Assembly (NCBI GenBank): GCA_902779765.1
Contig: CACZCQ010000007.1
Span: 114,138-178,137, forward strand
Length of the DNA stretch: 64,000 bases
Direction: 5' to 3'
Source: an uncultured Bacteroidia bacterium
GTDB taxonomy: Bacteria; Bacteroidota; Bacteroidia; Bacteroidales; UBA932
This document shows positions 58,473 through 64,000 of this stretch, piece after piece. Both the position numbers and the translations under genes were made by a program. How positions within the stretch are numbered: the first letter of the stretch is position 1; each line of letters begins with the position of its first letter. The notes under the pieces are model-generated. The model searched no databases. It had not been told where the DNA came from and was given only the letters and a program-made list of their open reading frames with translations.

Positions 58473-59102
58473 ATGGAATTGCCAGTATTGAAAATAGACG
58501 GAACTGATTCCGGAAAGAAGGTCGTCCTCGATGAGAAGGTCTTCGGTATAGAGCCCAATGACCACGCTATCTATCTTGACGTCGTACAGTACCTCGCCAA
58601 CCAGCGCCAGGGTACCGCCAAGACAAAGGACCGCAGCGAAATCGCTCATTCAACCAAGAAGCTCGGTCGCCAGAAAGGCGGCGGCGGAGCACGTCACGGT
58701 AGCTTGAAGGCTAATATCTTCGTAGGCGGTGGCCGCGTATTCGGCCCCAAGCCCCGTCTTTACAGGACCAAGCTCAACAAGAAGGTAAAGGCTCTCGCCC
58801 GCTACTCCGCTCTTACATACAAGGCTCAGGAGAACGCCATCGTTTTCGTAGAGCCCTTCACGATGGAAGCTCCCAAGACAAAGGAATTCATGCACATCAT
58901 CGAGTCCCTCAAGGCCGGTGACCGCAAGGTTCTCTTCGTCCTTCCCGAGAATTCCACCAACATTTATCTTTCATCCCGCAACCTTCCCGAGGTAAAGGTC
59001 ATCACCGTTGATGAACTCAACACCTACGCCATCATGAACGCCAATTCCATGGTATTCGTCGACGGTGTACAGGATGTCCTCTCTGAAAGGGCCAACCGTT
59101 AA
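58473..59102 (+). CDS. rplD: 50S ribosomal protein L4
   Basis: [35 protein letters not shown]. Confidence 0.97.
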   Translation: MELPVLKIDGTDSGKKVVLDEKVFGIEPNDHAIYLDVVQYLANQRQGTAKTKDRSEIAHSTKKLGRQKGGGGARHGSLKANIFVGGGRVFGPKPRLYRTKLNKKVKALARYSALTYKAQENAIVFVEPFTMEAPKTKEFMHIIESLKAGDRKVLFVLPENSTNIYLSSRNLPEVKVITVDELNTYAIMNANSMVFVDGVQDVLSERANR

Positions 59103-59114
59103 AAGAGCAAAGAG

Positions 59115-59405
59115 ATGGGTATTTTAATCAAGCCAATAGTTACCGAGAAGATGACGGCTGAGACTGAAAAGAACAACCGTTATGGCTTCATCGTGGACAA
59201 GGACGCCAACAAGCTCCAGATAAAGGCTGCCGTCGAGCAGATGTACAATGTCACCGTGAAGGACGTCAACACCATGAACTATCATGGAAAGAGGAAGTCC
59301 CGTTACAGCAAGTCGGGTATGCTCCGCGGACGTGCCAATCACTTCAAGAAGGCTTACGTAACCGTAGCCGGTGATGACAAGATCGATTTCTACGCTAACA
59401 TTTAA
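59115..59405 (+). CDS. rplW: 50S ribosomal protein L23
   Basis: KPIVTEK, ANKLQIK, KKAYVT. Confidence 0.97.
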   Translation: MGILIKPIVTEKMTAETEKNNRYGFIVDKDANKLQIKAAVEQMYNVTVKDVNTMNYHGKRKSRYSKSGMLRGRANHFKKAYVTVAGDDKIDFYANI

Positions 59406-59419
59406 GGAGGAACAAGGCA

Positions 59420-60247
59420 ATGGCAATTAGGAAATTCAAGCCGACGACTCCTGGTCAAAGGAACAAGGCTATCAGCGCTTTTGACGAAATCACCGCCAAA
59501 AAGCCATACAAACCGCTGCTTGAACCTCTCAAGAGCACTGGCGGAAGGAACAACACCGGTCAGATGACCGTTCGCTACCGTGGTGGCGGACACAAGAGGA
59601 TGTACCGTGTGATCGACTTCCTCCGCGACAAGGACAATGTCAAGGCTACTGTCAAGACGATCGAATACGATCCCAACCGCAGCGCCCGCATCGCCCTCGT
59701 TGAATACGAAGACGGAGTCAAGAAGTACATCATCGCTCCTGCAGGAATGAAGGTTGGTCAGGTTATCGAGTCCGGTTCGGGTGTTTCTCCCGATATGGGC
59801 AACTGCCTCCCTCTCGCAGAGATCCCTGTAGGTACTCTTGTACACAACATCGAGCTCCGTCCCGGACAGGGTGCCGCTATGGCCCGCTCCGCCGGAACTT
59901 TCGCTCAGCTCGCAGCCCGCGAAGGCAACTACGCTATCCTCCGCCTCCCTTCGGGTGAGACCAGGATGGTGCTCGTAGCCTGCCGCGCTACAGTAGGTAC
60001 CGTTTCCAACGGCGACCACAATCTTGAATCCCACGGTAAGGCAGGACGCCGCCGCTGGTTGGGCCGCAGGCCTCACAACCGTGGTGTCGTCATGAACCCT
60101 CACGACCATCCTATGGGTGGTGGTGAAGGCCGCGCCTCCGGAGGACACCCTCGTTCCCGCAAGGGTCTGCCTGCAAAGGGTTACAAGACACGTAATCCCA
60201 AGGCTACCTCCAGCAAGTTCATCATCGAAAGGAGAAAGAAGAAGTAA
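59420..60247 (+). CDS. rplB: 50S ribosomal protein L2
   Basis: [33 protein letters not shown]. Confidence 0.98.
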   Translation: MAIRKFKPTTPGQRNKAISAFDEITAKKPYKPLLEPLKSTGGRNNTGQMTVRYRGGGHKRMYRVIDFLRDKDNVKATVKTIEYDPNRSARIALVEYEDGVKKYIIAPAGMKVGQVIESGSGVSPDMGNCLPLAEIPVGTLVHNIELRPGQGAAMARSAGTFAQLAAREGNYAILRLPSGETRMVLVACRATVGTVSNGDHNLESHGKAGRRRWLGRRPHNRGVVMNPHDHPMGGGEGRASGGHPRSRKGLPAKGYKTRNPKATSSKFIIERRKKK

Positions 60248-60266
60248 TTAAACAGAAATCAAGATT

Positions 60267-60536
60267 ATGAGTCGTTCATTAAGAAAAGGACCGTACATCC
60301 AGGAAGCACTGGAAAAGAGAATTCTTGCTATGAATGATGGTAGCAAGAAGAAGGAGGTCGTAAAGACCTGGTCCCGCGCCAGCATGATCTCCCCTGACTT
60401 CGTCGGCCACACTGTCGCAGTTCATAATGGAAACAAGTTCATTCCTGTTTACATTACTGAGAACATGGTCGGCCACAAACTTGGCGAATTCGCACCTACC
60501 AGAACATTCAAAGGCCATTCGGGCAACAATAAGTAA
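60267..60536 (+). CDS. rpsS: 30S ribosomal protein S19
   Basis: [26 protein letters not shown]. Confidence 0.98.
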   Translation: MSRSLRKGPYIQEALEKRILAMNDGSKKKEVVKTWSRASMISPDFVGHTVAVHNGNKFIPVYITENMVGHKLGEFAPTRTFKGHSGNNK

Positions 60537-60556
60537 TGATTAAAAAGAATTAAGTT

Positions 60557-60976
60557 ATGGGAGCTCGTAAAAGACTGATGGCTGAGAAGTTAAAGGAAGC
60601 CAAGAAAAACATAGCGATAACCAAGCTCAATGATGTGCCTACATCTCCCCGCAAGATGCGCCTTGTCGCTGACACTGTGAGGGGTGTTGAGGTAAACCGT
60701 GCACTTGACCTTCTTCATTATTCGAAGAAGCATCCTTCTATCCGTCTGGAGAAGCTTCTCCGCAGCGCTATCGCCAACTGGGAAGCCAAGAATCCTGACA
60801 AGACCAAGGAGCTGGACAATGGTAATGTCTATGTCAAGACTATCATGGTCGACGAAGGCCGTACGCTCAAGAGAATCCGTCCCTGCCCTCAGGGCCGCGC
60901 CGGAAGGATCCGCAAGCGTTCGAACCACGTCACGATCATTCTCGATGTCAAACCCGCAACCGTAGAGGAGAATTAA
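60557..60976 (+). CDS. rplV: 50S ribosomal protein L22
   Basis: [25 protein letters not shown]. Confidence 0.97.
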   Translation: MGARKRLMAEKLKEAKKNIAITKLNDVPTSPRKMRLVADTVRGVEVNRALDLLHYSKKHPSIRLEKLLRSAIANWEAKNPDKTKELDNGNVYVKTIMVDEGRTLKRIRPCPQGRAGRIRKRSNHVTIILDVKPATVEEN

Positions 60977-60978
60977 TT

Positions 60979-61755
60979 ATGGGACAGAAAACTAATCCTA
61001 TTTCTAACAGAATCGGTATCACCCGTGGTTGGGACTCCAACTGGTGCGGTGGCAACTATGCAGAGAAGATCGCTGAGGACTATGAGATCCGCAAGTATCT
61101 GACCAACCGACTCGCGAAGGCCAGCATCTCCAAGATCGTCATCGAAAGGACCCTCAAGCTCATAACCGTGACCATCCACGCCGCAAGGCCCGGATTCATC
61201 ATCGGTAAGGGTGGACAGGAAGTCGACAAGCTCAAGGAAGAGCTCAAGAAGGTCACCAAGAAGGATGTCCAGATCAACATCTTCGAGGTCAAGAGGCCTG
61301 AGGTCGACGCTACGATCGTTGCTGACAGCATCGCCCGTCAGATCGAGGGCCGCGTATCCTACCGCAGGGCCATCAAGATGGCCATCGCTTCTGCGATGAG
61401 GGTAGGTGCCGAAGGCATCAAGATCCAGATCAGCGGTCGCGTCGGTGGAGCCGAAATGGCACGCAGCGAGATGTTCAAGGAAGGCCGTACTCCTCTGCAC
61501 ACTTTCCGTGCAGACATCGACTACGCACTGGCAGTCGCCAGCACCAAGGTCGGTGCCCTCGGAATCAAGGTGTGGATCTGCAACGGCGAGCGTTACGGCA
61601 AGCAGGATCTTACCCCCAACGCCCCTACGGCAGCCAATGCCCAGGGTGGCGGACGTCCCCGCTCTGACCGCGGAGACCGCAGGGGAGACCGCGGAGACCG
61701 TCGTGGAGGTCGCGGAGGCCGCGGAGGCCGTCGTGATTCACGCAACGCCGAGTAA
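60979..61755 (+). CDS. rpsC: 30S ribosomal protein S3
   Basis: [28 protein letters not shown]; RG-rich tail. Confidence 0.98.
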   Translation: MGQKTNPISNRIGITRGWDSNWCGGNYAEKIAEDYEIRKYLTNRLAKASISKIVIERTLKLITVTIHAARPGFIIGKGGQEVDKLKEELKKVTKKDVQINIFEVKRPEVDATIVADSIARQIEGRVSYRRAIKMAIASAMRVGAEGIKIQISGRVGGAEMARSEMFKEGRTPLHTFRADIDYALAVASTKVGALGIKVWICNGERYGKQDLTPNAPTAANAQGGGRPRSDRGDRRGDRGDRRGGRGGRGGRRDSRNAE

Positions 61756-61774
61756 GGTTATTCCTTATAATGGT

Positions 61775-61807
61775 AAGGCCGGTGCTTCAAGCTCCGGCCT
61801 TTTTTAT
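61775..61807 (+). terminator. Intrinsic terminator after rpsC
   Basis: AAGGCCGG-TGCTTCAAGCT-CCGGCCTT followed by a T-tract. Confidence 0.88.
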
Positions 61808-61855
61808 TGTCCAGATGACGATAATTGACGATTATTTTGGTAACTTTATACCACT

Positions 61856-62689
61856 ATGTCAAGGATCCAGAGATTTCCGTTGCTTTTTTCCGCAGTTCTG
61901 TTATGCTGCGCGTGCACATCATCGTTCAAGCCTTTCAAGTTCGCCCACCTTACGGACACACAGATCGGTTTCATTGACCAGTCCGAAGGCTATGCCCATT
62001 CGGATTCGCTTTTCCGTGCAGCGGCCGGATGTGTCAACGCCGAGCAACCGGACCTTGTATTCATCACCGGTGACCTTCTGGACAATCCTGCGGACTCCCT
62101 TCAGAACGCCGTCTTCGAAACCGGAGTCGCCAGGCTGGAATCTCCGGTCTGGCTCGTACCGGGCAATCATGATTACGGCAAAGCCTGGTCCGAAGAAATC
62201 CGCGACCGGTATGTCGCGCTCAGGGGCTATGAAAGATTTGCTTTCAGGCACAACAAATGTGCGTTCATCGGACTTGACACGAACTGCATAATGGAAGACG
62301 CCGCCCAGGAAGAGGCCGTCCAGAAGGAATGGCTCCGCAAGGAACTTTCAAAGGCGCGCAGATGCAGGTATATTTTCATTTTCTTCCATTGTCCCATTTT
62401 CAGGAAAAGCATCGATGAACCTCATGACTATTCCAATTTCCCCGAGGCGAAACGGGAGGAATATATCTCTCTGTTCAAGGAATTCGGAGTATCTGCCGTT
62501 TTCACCGGGCATACCCATGCGGACTATGATTTCGAATATGAAGGGATCCGTTTCGTAACGGGCAATCCTATATGCAATGCCCTGGGACATGGATATCCCG
62601 GTTACAACATCATCGATGTCGGCAAGGACGGCTTCGATGTCAGAAGCTACCGCACCCCCGGGTTTGATCTTGAAAAATGTAGATTTTAA
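61856..62689 (+). CDS. Calcineurin-like metallophosphoesterase lipoprotein
   Basis: LTDTQ, TGD, PGNHD, FFHCP, GHTH; Cys-rich lipobox region. Confidence 0.85.
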   Translation: MSRIQRFPLLFSAVLLCCACTSSFKPFKFAHLTDTQIGFIDQSEGYAHSDSLFRAAAGCVNAEQPDLVFITGDLLDNPADSLQNAVFETGVARLESPVWLVPGNHDYGKAWSEEIRDRYVALRGYERFAFRHNKCAFIGLDTNCIMEDAAQEEAVQKEWLRKELSKARRCRYIFIFFHCPIFRKSIDEPHDYSNFPEAKREEYISLFKEFGVSAVFTGHTHADYDFEYEGIRFVTGNPICNALGHGYPGYNIIDVGKDGFDVRSYRTPGFDLEKCRF

Positions 62690-62702
62690 TATTAATTCTG
62701 AA

Positions 62703-63530
62703 ATGAAAAGGTATTATTCATCATTATTGGCCGTCTTTGCAGGGCTGTCTCTGTTCAGCTGCGGAGGACCGCAGGAAAAGACCAACTCCTCCGAGTCCGA
62801 CATTTATCCCAAGGCCAAGGGAGTGACCCGTATCGCACATTACAATGTCGGTGTGTTTTCAAAGGAGATTGACAACAGCATACCGATGGTGGCTGCCATG
62901 ATGAAGGAGATAGGTGCGGATGCTCTTTCCCTCAACGAGCTTGACAGCTGCAATACCCGCCATGAAAACTATCAGCTGGCTGACCTGGCCAAGGAAATGG
63001 GAGGTTGGAACTACTGGTTCAGCAGGGCGATGCCTTATCGTGAAGGCGCCTATGGTGTCGGAATAGCCGTGCCGAACGAGATAATCGACAGTTTCACGAT
63101 TCCTCTCGCCAAGGGCGACGGTTCGGAACCGAGGGCTTGCAGCGTGGTGGAGACCAAGTACTATGTGATCGCCTCGACGCACCTGGACCACAGGGCCGAG
63201 TCTTCTGTACTCGACCAGGCACAGACGATCAACGATGTCCTGGCAAAGAAATATGCAAAGTCCCGGAAGCCGGTATTCCTTTGCGGGGACATGAACTCCC
63301 GTCCTGAAAGCGAGACCCTCAAGGTTCTCAAGAAGGAATGGGATGTTCTTTCCGTGGAAAAATTCACAATCCCGCCCAAGGAGCCCAGGGCATGCATCGA
63401 TTTTATCCTTGCCCTCCGCAACAAGGCCAAGTTCAAGTTCGTCGGTTCCGACGTCCCTACCGTTTTCAAGAACGGCGACGTGACGATAGCTTCGGACCAC
63501 CTCCCGGTATACGTGGATGTGAAACTCTGA
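62703..63530 (+). CDS. EEP-family lipoprotein
   Basis: Lipobox LFS-C; HYNV, LNELD, GDMNS, SDHLP. Start MKRYY at 62703. Confidence 0.85.
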   Translation: MKRYYSSLLAVFAGLSLFSCGGPQEKTNSSESDIYPKAKGVTRIAHYNVGVFSKEIDNSIPMVAAMMKEIGADALSLNELDSCNTRHENYQLADLAKEMGGWNYWFSRAMPYREGAYGVGIAVPNEIIDSFTIPLAKGDGSEPRACSVVETKYYVIASTHLDHRAESSVLDQAQTINDVLAKKYAKSRKPVFLCGDMNSRPESETLKVLKKEWDVLSVEKFTIPPKEPRACIDFILALRNKAKFKFVGSDVPTVFKNGDVTIASDHLPVYVDVKL

Positions 63531-63602
63531 CCTGCCGTTGACATATTCCGCGGTTTTTCCTAAATTAGCAAACAGAATATTCATTAACTCACATAATTGA
63601 TT

Positions 63603-64000
63603 ATGGCACAATCCAGAAGAGATTTCATCAAGAAAGCTGGCCTTGGATTGGGCGCTTTGACCATCCTTCCGCGTGAAGTGTTCGGAAAGATGGGCGACCC
63701 TTCCAGCAAGCTTGTTGCGCCGAGTGACCAGATGACCCGTGGCATTATCGGAGTCGGAGGCATCGGTATGAGCAACCTGCACTTCGCAAGTGACGAGCGC
63801 TGCCGCCTCGTCGCAGTCTGCGATGTGGACCAGAAGCACCTTGACAACGCCCTCCAGAAGGGCCAGGAAAGGTTCGGAACGAAACTTCAGTCCTACCATG
63901 ACTGGAGGGACCTGGTTCATGACCCCAACGTGGACATAGTCCATATTGCCACTCCTTCCCACTGGCATGGCCTGATGGCGGTGGAATCCGCCAAGGCCGG
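63603..64000 (+). CDS. Tat-exported Gfo/Idh/MocA oxidoreductase (partial, runs off the right edge)
   Basis: Not in the ORF track. Manual translation MAQSRRDFIKKAG...APSDQMTRGIIGVGGIG...VAVCDVD...IATPSHWH. Confidence 0.88.
   Translation, partial: MAQSRRDFIKKAGLGLGALTILPREVFGKMGDPSSKLVAPSDQMTRGIIGVGGIGMSNLHFASDERCRLVAVCDVDQKHLDNALQKGQERFGTKLQSYHDWRDLVHDPNVDIVHIATPSHWHGLMAVESAKA

Noticed and set aside
1-64000. CRISPR array, tRNA or rRNA genes
   Set aside because: No regularly spaced repeats and no tRNA T-arm or rRNA signatures seen by eye; tRNAscan-SE/Infernal would confirm.

Overview
Chromosomal window from a Bacteroidales bacterium, inferred from the gene set and recurrent TAnnTTTG (-7) / TTTG (-33) promoters. 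It is mostly housekeeping genes (galK, ychF, surA/ppiD, lptC, coaX, mfd, ruvB, sdhAB/frdAB, hflX, tonB, ybeY, mnmG, ruvA, sufS, sufE-sufT, glyQS, nhaA, ahcY, fabG, manC, yraN, mutS2, cdaA, part of the S10 ribosomal operon) plus periplasmic or surface catabolic enzymes. The region looks origin-proximal: a candidate oriC sits between mfd and ruvB, and two parS sites lie inside mnmG and sufS. Most notable observations: (1) a ~6.1 kb integrase-free islet (DUF4249 lipoprotein, TonB-dependent receptor, MG2-like protein) bounded by a 64-bp direct repeat of the sdhB 3' end; (2) two unannotated promoter-to-terminator units flanking comF that may be sRNAs or small ORFs; (3) a 130-bp cruciform MITE/REP-like element; (4) a G1P dehydrogenase next to a stand-alone phospho-His (PEP-utiliser mobile) domain; (5) a rus-like nucleotide/ADP-ribose scavenging cluster without SusC/D; (6) a frameshifted rplC in an S10 operon truncated at both ends. 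No CRISPR array, tRNA, rRNA, transposase or integrase was seen. All family calls come from motif recognition by eye, not database searches.
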